Shown here: positions 45,536 to 59,359 of the stretch, one piece after another
Numbering within the stretch: the first letter of the stretch is position 1
Layout of the letters: each line of letters begins with the position of its first letter
Assembly (NCBI GenBank): GCA_043228905.1
Contig: JBHGNT010000012.1
Span: 10,912,001 to 10,976,000 of the forward strand
Reading direction: 5' to 3'
DNA from: Azolla caroliniana
Lineage: Eukaryota; Plantae; Polypodiophyta
DNA length: 64,000 bases
Position numbers and translations under genes: made by a program
The notes under the pieces: model-generated
Seen by the model: the letters and a program-made list of their open reading frames with translations, nothing else
What the model was told of the DNA's origin: nothing
Databases searched by the model: none

Positions 45536-46879
45536 ACGAATCACAAACCAACCCAGCACACACCGACTATCACGCTTGGGATCAGGCCGCAAGCCGTGTC
45601 TTGTATTGCCTTGCATCATGCGTTTATGATCATATGCTTGGCTACATTCGAGAGGCAAAAACGCCGAAGCAGGCGTGGGAAAATCTCAAAAAGATTTCTG
45701 CATCCAACACGACCGCACGCAAGCTCCAGCTTCGTCAGGAGCTGAATAGCATCCAACAAAGGGACATGTCAATCTCAAGCTACACCTTGAAGATCAAGGA
45801 GCTATGTGACGCCCTCGGATCGATCAACGTCGTTGTTGATGATGACGAACTAGTGCAGATATGCCTTGGAGGCTTAGCACCGCGTTTCAGCACGATTTGA
45901 TCAACCATTCTTGCAAGGGAGAACCCTCCTTCCTTCTTTGACCTTCAATCGATATTGTTGGTCGAAGAGAATCACGCCCGACAGAGGAACAACGCAACAT
46001 ATGGTCATTTGGTCTACTCCCAATCGGATAATAGAAGAGATTTCGGCCATGGAAATAGAGGTCATTTTGGACAAGGCCATAATGATCAGCGGAATCAAGG
46101 GCCTAACTCCCACCGATGGCAAGCAGACAAGAACGGGCCCAGAGAGCTTGACAGAAGGGGGAGTCATAACGTCGGACCGAGCAATTGCCGAAACCCAGTC
46201 GAGTGCGGGTACTGCGGAAAACCCGGCCACTACGAAGATGAGTGTCGGAAGAAGAAAGACCGACAACTCACGAACTACACAACAAATTCTAACTACGGCG
46301 ATCGTGGCAGAATGTTCGCAATGAGGCATAAAGCAAACTCAATGTCCGCACAGGCTTCAACAAGTGCCTCCGCCTCAAATAGTGTATCGTTCGTTGACTC
46401 GGGTGCATCCAACCATATGACGTCTCATGAAGATTGGTTTCGGGAACTGCGTAAACCCGATCAGCCCGGATATGTTGAGATTGGCGATGACACAACTCAT
46501 TCAATACATCATATCGGGAATGTACCATTCAAAAATGATGGGGACCAAACTTACCTCAAGAACGTCTTGCATGTCCCAACAATCACGAAGAACCTGATCT
46601 CTGTAGGTCAGATTGTCGAACATGGAATGCAAGTACGATTCAACAATGACGATTGTTTTATCGAAAAAGGCGATCGAATTATAGCCCAACAATCACAAAG
46701 AACCTGATCTCTGTAGGTCAAATTGTTGAACATGGAATGCAAGTACAATTCAACAATGACGATTGTTTTATCGAAAAAGGCGATCGAATTATAGCCCAAC
46801 AATCACGAAGAACCTGATCTCTGTAGGTCAGATTGTCGAACATGGAATGCAAGTACGATTCAACAATGACGATTATAGC
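45536..46879 (+). pseudogene. Element G: Ty1/copia gag-protease fragment
   Basis: AWENLKKI..ARKLQLRQEL, CGYCGKPGHYEDEC, VDSGASNHMT and NVLHVPTITKNLISVGQI. Confidence 0.9.
46576..46879. repeat. 110-bp tandem triplication at the truncated end of element G
   Basis: Units start at ~46576, 46686 and 46796; the third is truncated. Confidence 0.9.
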
Positions 46880-47511
46880 CCTGCACGATGCACAATGGAA
46901 CAACCCAAACCGAGGGCGATCACAACACGGCTTCGTTCAAAGATGTTATCCGCCGATAAGGAAGAACTTATCATTCAAACAACCATCGTGGACAAAGCTA
47001 AGGAACGTTACGACACAGCCAATGCCGAGGCAACCGAAATAAAGGAGAAAGCAACAAAAAAGGGAAGCCAAGCTACAAAAACTGCTCCACGACTAGACAA
47101 CCAAGCTCTAGGAGACAGAAAACAACGCCGCAGCTGCCCTCAGGACTACACAAGATATAGCAGTCACACAAATAGCATCACTAAACATGGAATTACAAGT
47201 GTGCTCTAGTCAGTTCCTACAAAAATTGGACCAAACAGAGCAAGAGTGATGCCAACTAGCAGATTCCCTTCACAAACATCAAATGAACTCAGCGTTGGAA
47301 CTCGAAAGGCAACAAGAGAAGTATTTGAAGGAATCAGCCGACAGCACGGATCGTCTCCTCCGCCGGTTCGACCAATTAACGGACAAGACAAAGGCAAGGA
47401 TCGCCACCCTCAACACGCCGTGCGAGATCATCAAAGTCAAACTGCAGCGGAAGGCAGAAGAAGCTAAAAGAGAAACGTGAGAGGAAATAACGCTCGGCTG
47501 CAACTGAGTCT

Positions 47512-50500
47512 TGAACAACGAATGGAAGAGAACAAGTTGAAGATAAAATGACACAAAATGTTAACGTGGAAAACCCTAAATGGGAAAAAACCACGGGAGC
47601 CCACAGACTCCAGCTATCATTATGTGAGGAAGGAGGTACAACAGGAGACTCAGAGGCAACGACCTTGACCTCTATATCTTCATCAACCGACGGTTACAAC
47701 AGAAATTAGTTCTGTATATGTCTCTTTCTCTCTCTCTCTCACCACTCTCTGTGTACAACGATGATACAACTAACAACGACACAACTGTTACACTCACAAA
47801 GTGGTTGCCCTAAGTCATATTTATACTTATATAAATTTTTGGGATATTTACAATTATAGCCTCAATAGGCTCATCATGAAACATATTTACAAATGTATCC
47901 TTGGATCCGGTTCGCACCGGATCCATCCGGATTCACTCGATCCGGTTTCCGGGTCTCATCCGAATCCCTTCCGGATTCAATTCCTTTATCCAGTTCATCT
48001 TATCCGATCCTCATGATCCTCATCTAGATACCATCCGGAAGGACTGAAATCCCAACAATCTCCCCCTTCACTCCGGCATGGGATTTCTTGTTAGTCCGAT
48101 TCATCTTCGGCACACATCCAACTTGTCGGTTGAAAGCACCTTAGTCAGCATATCCGATCCATTCTCCTCGTTGTGGATCTTCTACATTCTCTCAGATCCA
48201 ATGGTATCTACGTTGGATGTGTTTCGTCCGGGAATGGTAGGTCGTGTTCTTAGTAAGGTGGATGGCACTTTGACTGTCGCAGTAGAGTCAGAATTCCTCT
48301 TGCCAAATCCCTAGCTCTTCAATAAAGTCCTCATCAAGATTATTTCCTTTTCAGCTTCCACATCCGCCATGTACTCCGCTTCCGTTGTCTACAATGCAAT
48401 GGACCTCTACAGCCTCGACTGCCATGATACAGCTCCCCCTGTGTAAGTCATGACATATCCGGATGTAGACAAGCTGGTATCCACATCAGCCGACATATCT
48501 GAATCCGTAAATCCGTCCAATAGGGGTTTTTACGAGAGCCGAATTGCAAGCACATACTCGAGGTGCCTTTTAAATACCAGAGTATCCACTTGACCGCATT
48601 CCAATGCGCTCTTCCCGAATTGCTCATGAATCGACTGACTACTCTTATAGCATAAGCAATATACGGTCGGCTTCCACATCCGCCATGTACTCCGCTTCCG
48701 TTGTCTACAATGCAATGGACCTCTACAGCCTCGACTGCCATGATACGGCTCCCCATGTGTAAGTCATGACATATCCGGATGTAGACAAGCTAGTATCCAC
48801 ATCAACTGACATATCTGAATACGTAAATCCGTCCAATAGGGGTTTTTCCGAGAGCCGAATTGCAGGCACATACTCGAGGTGCCTTTTAAATACCAGAGTA
48901 TCCACTTGACCGCATTCCAATGCGCTCTTCCCGAATTGCTCATGAATCGGCTTATTACTCTTACACCATTGCGTACATCAAGCTTCCGACAACAGAGGCA
49001 TATGGTATCTTCATCATATCTGACTTTTCTACCTTCGTCCTTAGGCTCTTTTCCAGACAGCTTGCAGCTCACCGATACTGTTGACCCAATTGGCTTTGCG
49101 TCTGCCATGTTGAACCTCTAAAGCACCTTTGTCACATACTTCTCCTGTGACAGCCACAACAGCTTCTTCGACCGGTCCCAAATGACGGGCATCCCCAAAA
49201 TCTGTCTTACTAGACCCAAATCTTTCATTGAGAAGGCCTGGTTCAAGGCCTTCTTCAGCATTCGGATCTTGATTTGGTCTTGTCTGATGATCACCATGTC
49301 GTCCACATATAGAAAGAGTATTTGGAAGTCTTCTCCATCGAAGTTCTTCACAAATACGCAGTGATCGGCTTGCCTCTTATGGTACCCTTGGTCGGTCATG
49401 AAGGAGTCTCTAAGAAATATTGAGAATCGATTAGATAGGTATATAGAGTTACAACCATAGAGATGGATATATGAAAACAAAACTTCTACTACATATAAGA
49501 ATAGCTCACAATGGTAGTTCACCCATGCTCGCACACCTTAGAGCTTAGATGGGATCTAAACCAGCTCACTACAAAATTAGTGGGGACTCATTATCAATAC
49601 ACCACTTTGTAAGAGAGTAGATTATATTCTTTGTTTGGTCTGAGTGTAACATTAAATGTGCATGTCAATTGATAGTAGTGGAGATATTCCTTTTCTATCA
49701 ACTGACTTGTCATTTAATATGACCCAACTCCCTAGATATAGGCTAGTGCTAGATAGTACTTATCTTGAAGTCAATGGCACATACTTCAAGACTAAGTACA
49801 TTGTAACTTGCCCACAAAATATTCTAGTTGACTTTATTAGACAATCCTATTACCTATTTCGCTCTTTCCTAAATCCATTGTGTCCTACGCATCTACGGTT
49901 TCCTAGATTAACACCATATCGACCCATATGCTCGAGTTGCACAATAGTCGCTCCTCATTTGGGGCGCTATCACAAAATCTGCACTCTAAGAGCACATATG
50001 GGGATAGATTTACAACTTAGGGCTGATCATTGATTATATCTAACACGCCCCCTCAATGGTCAACCATTGAGTTCACTTGGAATTGGGCCAACTCTTAGTC
50101 GTCGAAAGTGTTGTTGTAGATGTTCTGCTTGAAGCGCCTTTGTGAAGATATCCACAGCATTTTCTGATGTTGGACAGTACTCAAGCTCCACAGTCTCATC
50201 ATTTATTAGCTCCCACACATAGTGATACTGAAGCTCCACATCATGCATGAAATATGGGGTTCTTGGCAATGGCCATGCAACTTTGATTGTTACACCTCAA
50301 TATCGTTGTCGTCCTTATTGGAACCGCCACATCCATAAGGATTCTTCTTAGCCAAACTACCTCGCATGCCGCTATGCATGCTGCTTTGTATTCTGCCTCC
50401 GTTGAAGATAGTGCCACTACTGGTTGTTTTTTACTACTCCATGAAATAACTCCAAAGCCTATGGAAAAACAATATCCAGAAACTGATTTTCTGGAATTAC

Positions 50501-53500
50501 TATCTCTAGCCCAATCAGAGTCGCAATATCCACTAAGTTCGTCAATTGTTGGTTTATAAAAGATTCTGTAATTTAAAGTACCCACAATGTACTTTAATAC
50601 ACATAGTGCAGCTTTCCAATGAGTCTCCTTCGGCTTGTTGTTGAATCGACTCACCACACCGACTGCAAAACAAATATCCGGCCTAGTGTTGCATAGGAAA
50701 ATTAGACTTCTTATTCGTTGTCTATGCTTCCTTATGTCAACCATTGGTGACGAGTCTTCTTGGGATAGCTTGCAGTTTGACTCCATTGGAGTCGACTTCG
50801 ACTTGTTGTCCATCATACCAAGGTCTTCAAGATCTCTATTGCGTACTTCCTTTGTGACATGAAGATGCCAACCGAGGTTTGCCAAACCTCAATTCCAAAG
50901 AAGTAGTGTAAAATCCCCAAGTCTGTCATTTCAAACTCAGTTTTCAAACACTCTTGTATTTGGCCAATACACTCTTCATGGTCACCGGTAAGTACTACAT
51001 CATCCACGTAAATGATGATGATGACTTGTTTCCCGTCCTTCATTTTGACATACATACTTGCATCCGAACGAAGCACATTGCTTAAAGTCGATTGATTGTA
51101 AGAAGTTGTCCATCCTCTTGTTCCAAGCTCTCGGTACTTGCTTTAGACCATACAACACCTTCTTCAGCTTGAAGACTTTGTTTTCTGAATTCGGCATCTC
51201 AAACCCCGGTGGTTGTGTCACGTATACCTCCTCCTTGAGATGCCCATTCAAAAATGTTGATTTGACATCCATTTGATAAATCGCCATCCTCTTGAAGCAG
51301 CCAATGCTATGACCATTCGAATTGTTGTCATGCGAGTTGTCGGGGCAAATGTTTCTTGTACATCGAACCCTTCAATTTGGGATTATCCTTGCGCTACTAG
51401 CCTAGCCTTAAATTTCTCCAAAAAACCATCAACTTTATACTTTACTTTCCACACCCACTTGGTGCCTATCACCTTCCTCTTTGTTGGCCTCTCTACCAAC
51501 TCCCACATGTCATTTTTCATGATGCTATCGTATTCTGATATCATCACCTCTTTCCACTTTGGGTTGGCCATGGCTTCCTCCACCGAGGTCGGCTCACTCA
51601 CTGAGCCTATTCGGATGTCCACCATCAGAGCAATGTTGACAATGTTGTGAGAGGTTCTCCCTTGCTCCTGTATTCTTCTTGATCTTCGTAATCCATCAGT
51701 TGATGTTTCAGGAAACTCAACTTTAGGAGTACGGTCATTGAAGAATTGTTGAGCCCACTTAGGTATTTTCTTTACATGTGGCACTAGCATAGACTGAACT
51801 AGCGAGCCATTACCATCAATGGTTCAGCTTCCTTTTCTGGACAGTGGGTCGGGATTGGGGGGAATACCTCTTCGGTTGATGAGATAACTTGAGAATCGTT
51901 ACTCTCGGCTAGTTGTGGTCGTTCCTCATCGAACACCACATACGACTTGTCAATATCTTTCTTGCCTCTAGATCGTAGAGTCGATAGGCCTTTGACTCTT
52001 CACTATATCCGAGAAAGATACACTTCTTGCTTTTAGCGTCCAACTTCTTTCCGCTCACATCTGGAACATGTGTGTAGCATGTACACCCAAAGGTTCTGAA
52101 GTGCAGCACTAAAGGTTTCTTGCCTGAATAAGCTTATTGGGGTGTTTTCCCTTGAAGTGCCTTCGTGTAGCTCCAATTGAGGATGTAAACTGTTGTATTC
52201 ACTACTTCAGCCCAGAATGGGTCGGGTAGCGCTTGTGCCTTCAACATACACCAAGCCATCTCGACAATTGTTCGGTTTAGACGTTCGACAACGCCATTTT
52301 GTTGTGGGGTGTACACAGTTGTAAGTTGGCTCTTAATTCCATGCTCTTTGCAATACTCACAGAATTCTATTGATAAGAATTCTCCACCTCGATCAGAGCG
52401 CAACTCCTTCACTAACTTTACGAAGGAAGTAAACCCACATCTTTCTACTGAAGTCATCGACTATTAGCATATAGTAGAGAGATCCACCCATTGCAGGAGT
52501 CACCATTTTTCCAGAGAGGTCGATGTGTATTAGTTGTAGAGGAGTGTTTGTTCGATTTTGACTCTCTTTTGGAATGGCTAATCTTTGATGCTTACCCATC
52601 ATACAAGCATCACAAACATGACTTAAGTCAAGTATGGTTGGCAACCCAACTACCATATTCGACTTCTTCATCTCCTTCAACACAGCAACATTGAGATGCC
52701 CAAATCTCTCATGCCATTGCTTTGTGTTAGTACTTGTGTTGTGGTCAGTAGAAATTGTAAACGCGCTCAGCTAATAGAGATTGTTGCGCCTTACCCCTAT
52801 TCCTACAACCTTGCCAACAGAATCTGTTATTTCTGCACCCGACTTCTTGAATCGAACATCAAGACCCTTGTCAGTCAATGCAAAAATGGACAATAGATTC
52901 TTCTTGAGATCTGGCACCTACAACACTTGAGAGAGATGCTTTGTCCCATTGTTCGTTGCTTTGAGGGAGACGGTTCCAATTCCTTTGGCTTGACATCGAG
53001 CATTGTTCCCAACCACAACATTGATGGGCTCTTGTAGAGGTGGCCAAGAGCTGTACTAGTCACGATTACTAGTCATATGTCGGGATGCCCCACTATCGAG
53101 AATCCAAGAGTTGTCGACAACTTGAGTATCAACTAAAGAACAAACTTAGAGCTTAGATGGGATCTAGACCAGCTCACTACAAAATTAATGGGGACTCATG
53201 ATCAATACACCACCGTGTAAGAGAGTAGATTATATTCTTTGTTTGGTTTGAGTGTAACATTAAATGTGCATGTTAGTTGATAGTAGTGGAGATATTCCTT
53301 TTCTGCCAACTGACTTGTCATTTAATATGACCCAACTCCCTAGATACATGCTAGTGCTAGATAGTACTTATCTTGAAGTCAATGGCACATACTTCAAGAC
53401 TAAGTACATTGTAACTTGCCCACAAAATATTCTAGTTGACTTGATTAGCCAATCCTATTACCTGTTTTGCTCTTTCCTAAATCCATTGTGTCCTACGCAT

Positions 53501-54380
53501 CTATGGTTTCCTAGATTAACACCAGATCGACCCATATGCTCACGTTGCACAATGGTCACTCATCATTTGGGGCGCTATCACAAAATGTGCTCTCTAAGAG
53601 CACATATGGGGATAGATTTACAACTTGGGGTTGATCATTGATTATATATAACAAGTGGAACTTCCGGTACCATTGTCGGGGAGCTTGCTTCAATCCGTAT
53701 AAGCTCTTCTTCAGCCGGCATACCAAGTGCTCCTTCCCTTTCTTTACAAATCCTTCTAGTTGTTGCATATGGATTTCTTCCTCGAGTTCACCATAAAGGA
53801 ACGTCGTCTTGACGTTTAGTTGCTCGACCTCGAGGTCCATGCTTGCTGCTATACTCAATATCGTTCGGATGGATGTCATCTTTACAACCGGGGCGAAGAT
53901 CTCATCGAAATCCACACCTTTCTTCCACCCCTTCACCATGATATGGGCTTTGTCCCTTGGTGGATTTCCGACATCTCCCGATTTCAACTTGTACACCCAC
54001 TTGTTCTAGAGTGTTGTCTTTCCTTTCGGCAGCTCCGTCAACTCATATGTATGGTTCTCATGCAGGGAATCCATCTCATCCTACATGGCACTCAACCACT
54101 TGCGGCTGTGGGAGTCTTTCTTTGCTTCTTCGAAGCTTTCCAGCTCCCCTTCATCGGTTAACAACACATGCTCTGCATCCGAAAATCTCCGAGGGGCTCT
54201 CTCTCTCTTAGAGGATATCTTCGTCCTTGATTTCCGACTACCGGTTCCTCCGTTTGCTCCGAATCGGAATCCGATTTGGGGTCTTATCCGGTTCTGGAGT
54301 CTTCTTCTTCTTCGCCTTTGGTCGGTTCGGTTTCTTGTCTGAATCCGGTTGGTTCATCGAGTGCCATCCGGTTGGTTCAT
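47512..54380 (-). mobile_element. Element H: 3' half of a Tnt1-like Ty1/copia (RT, RNase H, PPT, 3' LTR 48057-~47512), split by element I
   Basis: [17 protein letters not shown] (53.7 kb) rejoins SFMTDQGY..LYVDD (49.4 kb); STSGYVMTY..AVSWQSRLQ; PPT AGGGGGAGAT before TGTTGGG; 316-bp internal duplication at 48354 and 48670. The left LTR end is uncertain. Confidence 0.85.
49410..53653 (-). mobile_element. Element I: deleted Ty1/copia (partial LTRs 53653-53145 and 50045-~49410; pol pseudogene 53140-50060; PBS and gag lost)
   Basis: ~510-bp direct repeat; PPT GAGGGGGCG; WILDSGASRHMT, LRSDRGGEF, PQQNGVVER, YVDD, YCDSDWA and SSTEAEY. Confidence 0.9.
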
Positions 54381-54382
54381 CG

Positions 54383-54827
54383 AATGCAGCCATGAAACAT
54401 GGAACCAAAACGAGTAAAGACTAAAGCACACCATCGGGAAAGCAAATTATAAAACAGGAAGCAGAAACGTAAAAGTGAGAGGACAGAAGAGAGAAGAGTA
54501 GGCCTAGTTAGAATAGAGTACTCAGGAACGTAGAATATCTACTTGCACTTTCTGTTGTAATTATCGATCGTGCGCTGTGTAATCACTATTCCATATTATG
54601 TAATAAACATCTAGTTTTGGGTCAATTCTGGTCTGTGTCTTAAGCGCATTTCTAAATAATAACTTCTAGGATTACAATCGGGTAATTACGGCTAACCAAT
54701 CGTTTTGGGTACGAATCGGATTGCCGAGAAATCCCTCTCTCACCCTGACCTCCGTCACGTACCACAATCCCTTGATCCGATTACCATAGGAGTAATCGAA
54801 GGTGTTGCTTCCAATAAGGAGACAACA
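54383..54827 (+). repeat. 5'-truncated 3' LTR of element E
   Basis: Matches 26265-26713. Confidence 0.9.
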
Positions 54828-55130
54828 GCAAGTCCATACACCCAACCGAATAGGTGGCCCTACTCCAATGGAAATTGATACTACACGTCATTAAGGACCT
54901 TTAACAAAAACTAGAGAAAACGAATTATCCAAGAAACCCAAAAAAACAAAATATCAAATTTCTCTATTGCTTCTAACTCAAATTCAAAGTGCCATCAAAT
55001 GGAGCCAAATACTTTACAAAGCTCAAACTTCAATGTGCTTATAATCTAGTTCGAATTCTTCCAGGTGATGAATGGAAAACCACATTTTTCACCCAATATA
55101 TAGTTATGCCTTTCGATCTCACAAATGCGA
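54828..55130 (+). pseudogene. Continuation of element K (gag end and RT fragment)
   Basis: PTPMEIDT and [29 protein letters not shown]. Confidence 0.8.
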
Positions 55131-55427
55131 GAATAGGCAACAAGCCCACTATCTATCGACCTACAAACAGTTGTTGCTACTACTCAGCATTATCAACCAA
55201 GACCAAGCCTACAACCTCGTTCTTCCCACCCTAGGCTTGGTGTCAAGTCTAAGGTTCACACTACCTGAACACTTGTTCTTCATCTATACCTCTAAGCGCT
55301 AATTAATTAACATCAAAAGGCGTGGGGAGAACCTTATGTTCATAAAATACCACAAGTTCAATAAAAATATATTGTACTAAATCTGAAAGTACACCACTAT
55401 ATTCTAAATTAAACTATAAACGAAATA

Positions 55428-55492
55428 CACACACACACATACACATACACATACATGCACAGACATAGACACAGACACATGCACATATACAT

Positions 55493-55528
<36 letters not shown>

Positions 55529-55536
55529 ATACACAT
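55428..55536. repeat. Compound (CA)n microsatellite
   Basis: CA, CATA and CAGA runs visible directly. Confidence 0.9.
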
Positions 55537-57744
55537 CAGTTTCATAAACACACAATTTCCATGAAGGCTTCATGAGAATCTCAACAAAGGAGTCCCTTTT
55601 GGATGGTCAAGTTCACATGATATTTGGAGCCTTATTGTGTGGACGTGTAATAATTTAGTATAGGTTCCACAATGGCTGAGATCCTCCTAAGCATGAGTGC
55701 GGTCCAATGGAAGAGTGTCGGAGTTTACGAAATTGGAGATGTGCGTTGAAGTCCCACCACTTGTCAAGTTTTAACGCATAGTCCAAGTCTTTGAGACCCA
55801 ATAGGGGAATTAATAGTGGTATGGACAAAATCTAATTTCCCAATGTTTCTTCTCCTCAATAAAAAGCATGTGTAACTTCTTAAATAGGTGACAAGGAAAA
55901 TGCAAATATAATTCCTTCAAGATTACATCAAGCTTGATGTTATGGATAAAATTATCCAAGTTACATGGGATAGAAAGCTCTTTCTCATAGGTGGAGAGGA
56001 TCAATGTATAACTACTACCTAGATATCAGTGCGAAACATGTCCTCGACAATCTACAAGGTGATGGCATAAGCTATGTTGGTAACCCCTACTTGTCGCAAC
56101 AAATACCATAAATTTCCAATCCTTTAACTGAATCTATCAAAAGTCAACCTCCATGGCATCAAAAGTATTTGAATGATCCAATAGAAGGGCTAAATTTCCA
56201 AACAAAATTCTTTTGTCACCCTTGTTAGAGTATCACAGAGTTCCACCTTCCCCATTTCAAACAATATTGATTCCTCATTAGTGGCTGCAATAGGGGGGGT
56301 TTGGTGGGCTTACATTACATCATTCTTTTTAGACTTACCTAACTAACCTAGAACATAAGTATATAGGGTCGGGCCAAAGTCTACCCTATTGTTGGTAAGA
56401 CGACTAGTATTGGGTGTTAATCTAGTCCCTAAGCCTACCACAAATACTAATGAACGAACTAAGAAAACTCTAAACTGAATATCACATACATATGGAGGAG
56501 TTGAACTTACTTCATCACTTGATATTCACAATTACTAAAAGAGACGAGAAAGTACAATAACAAGTACAATCTATACAATGATTGAAAGGCCTAAGGTGGA
56601 AGTTTTGGTTCTTACTTACATTACCATGTAGATTAAAAGAAGCAATTATAAATTAATTAGATAATCCATATTAGGAGAGGGTTAAGATCTAGCTTGAGTT
56701 TTCCAAAATGAAAAGCTACGAAAACTTATACATGTGTCTTTTATAGCCTTTTACAATGCCATTAGGCTTTTTCACACTTCCTATAGTAGCTCTATTCTCG
56801 TCCTTATTCAATTGTCTCTTTCCTTAGCCTTACAATGGCTCTTTTGTTTCAAACCAATGTCCAAAGCTATGACAAAGTTTTATTTCCTAATGTTTTTCCA
56901 TGGGATTTTATTGTTGAGAAGGTTCTTCATTGTCCTTTGATGCTTTATGGTGATGTATTTCTAGCATTTACATGGTTCTCAGTTGACCCCTACTCTAGCC
57001 CATTCAACATAATTGTACCACCCCTTTCCGATGACTCTCATGCCAACTGAGGAAAGTAAATAAACACTTTTGAAGAATGAGAGTCATTGGAATGTTGATC
57101 AAAATCAAGTGGCTACGCTTTAACAAATGTCGATCTTCACGTGCTAATACCATGTGAAGAACATAAACAAGTTTTCCAAGTATTTTGTGTTCCAAGATGA
57201 AGATTGGCATGAGTGGGTCGAACAGGGGGGTCGCACACATGCATTTAGAAGACATACTGGACATGCTCTCTTTGTTAATACTTTTGAGATGTATTCATTG
57301 TCCACTTTGAGATGCAATCCTCAACCACAAGTGTTTCTTTGCCGCTTGTTCATCTCCACTCATCAAGTTTTTTGATGCCAAATCTTCATCTTCATTAAGC
57401 TTTTCATGCCTTTAATTTAATATAAAACATGAAAAATCTTGTAGAACACATCAAGCTAATTGGGTCTATGAATATAAAATTGTCAATGCCAATGTAATTG
57501 ACACTACTTAAATCAATAAAGTAAATTAGAGATTATGGTTAATTGGATAACACTACATAACATTACTTGGATAGTAAAGGGGACAGGGTTAAATTCAAGG
57601 GAATAATAAAAAGCAAATAAATAATTTTTCAAATTTATAACTGCATAAGATCAATCATTTAAGTATCAGTCAAGTTGATCGACCAAATGTTACAAAGTAA
57701 CCAAAGATGATACACTCAAAGTACGTGCACTTATGACAAGCCTC

Positions 57745-58431
57745 CTACGAAAGCACCCTCTAGTATTTGGAACCATGCATTTGGACACATGCAGCCTTCT
57801 TTGAAGCTTTCAGATATTTTGATAAAACATTTCAATTACCTAATAATGAAATATATAGCGTTCAGTGTCTTTCCAATCTGTGCAAGGATTTAGTTATTTT
57901 GGCTGAATTGCTTTTTACTTTGAAAAGAACATTGACGCAAAATGCAAGCAATGGTAATACGAGATATTACCTGATTGATGGAGATGGGAAGCTGAAACAA
58001 GGTTAGGGAGTAAAGTAAAGACGTATGCTTACTGATCTCAGATATCTACACCTTGAGGCTGCAGTCATATATCAGAATGTATAGAGGAATCCTCTTTTAT
58101 TATTGTCAAGACTTGGATTCACTCGAACCCACTTGTGGAATGTTCTCTTCAACCTTCATCCCCAGTTCTAACCTTGTTTTAGGTAACAAACAGCATGTGT
58201 CCATAGAAGACCTTGTTACACATAGCCATTCTCGAGGTGATTCAAGGTCATCACTCCCACTCTGTGGAATATGCCAATGTCCACTTATAGATTCCTGCAG
58301 AGTAACTTCATAAGTTCAATCCCTATATGAACGTTTTAGAGAATGTTCAATATAATGCTTACTTGAATCACCGTCGAATAAGGTGGTGGCATAAACAGCT
58401 CCAATCCATCATTTGTGAATGTAAAGCGGAC
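57745..58431 (-). pseudogene. Possible short exons of an unidentified host gene or pseudogene
   Basis: AG|VRFTFTNDGLELFMPPPYSTVIQ|GTAAGC..TGCAG|ESISGHWHIPQSGSDDLESPREWLCNK|GT..AG|ISEISKHTSLLYSLTLFQLPISINQ|GTAAT..TTAG|VIEMFYQNI*. The joins are phase-compatible, but no family was recognised. Confidence 0.35.
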
Positions 58432-59359
58432 CTAAGACACCCCAAATAAAAAGAAACAAAAAAAACGATTATTGGGGACTACACTAATATCAAATAGAGA
58501 TGAGATGAGACAGTACATTTAGAAGACGAAAATGTGTACAAGGAGAAAATAGAAAAATATCATGGCCAGTCGTAACTGGTCTCATTAGCTCACGGAAAGA
58601 GCAACGAGCAGAAAAAAAAAGAAATATTCATGTCTCTAAAATATCAGAATGGCACTTTGACACATCACATAGATTAAAACTGCCTATGTTAGCTCATCAA
58701 CACGTGTAACAAACAAAAACTGGCGTTCTACTTTAACTTCTTAAAACTAAATAGCTTGAAATATAATCACAAGAAACCAGCGATCAGGTTTGGTGCCTGA
58801 TCATAGGAACTGAAATTTCTACCCACAGAAAATATCCATTGTCTAGTGATCTAACACAGAAGAGTTGGCAGGACGAGGATTGCATCTCTGATGCCGTGTG
58901 GCGACAATTTTTGCACTTATGAAGATATGTAAAGAAAAAGAAATTTTACCATCGTACACAATTTGTAACGAATAACAAACATCAGTAAGTTTATTGACTA
59001 ATGGCAAATTGGTGAGGAGATTTGTCGCAATGTTTTCACTCATACATGATGTTTTCATCATTGTAACTATATAGAATCTTTTTTCCTTTACGTTCACTAG
59101 TCTTTACCCTGCTCCTCTTCCCTTTCATTGACCCTAGCCACCTTTTCCTTGAGATGGCATTCTATAGTGGGAAAATTAGACTAGTATTCTTGGGATAGCC
59201 TCTTTATGAGTTTCAACGGACTGGCCTTTTTTTCATTTCTGCCTGATAAAGGGAAGAATGAATAACTTAGACTGCAATCCACTTGGAACACTCAAAAACT
59301 AGGTCTATAGCAATTGAAGATAATGTCTACAAACAAGATCCATGCTTGATTAAGAATAG

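Larger units (their letters stand above)
26174..54827 (+). mobile_element. Element E: non-chromovirus Ty3/gypsy related to A, expanded to 28.6 kb by nested insertions
   Basis: 5' LTR at 26174-26713; 5'-truncated 3' LTR at 54383-54827; near-TSD GCACG/GCAAG; PBS-like TGGCACGCTTGG at 26719; the flanks rejoin as K gag. Confidence 0.85.
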
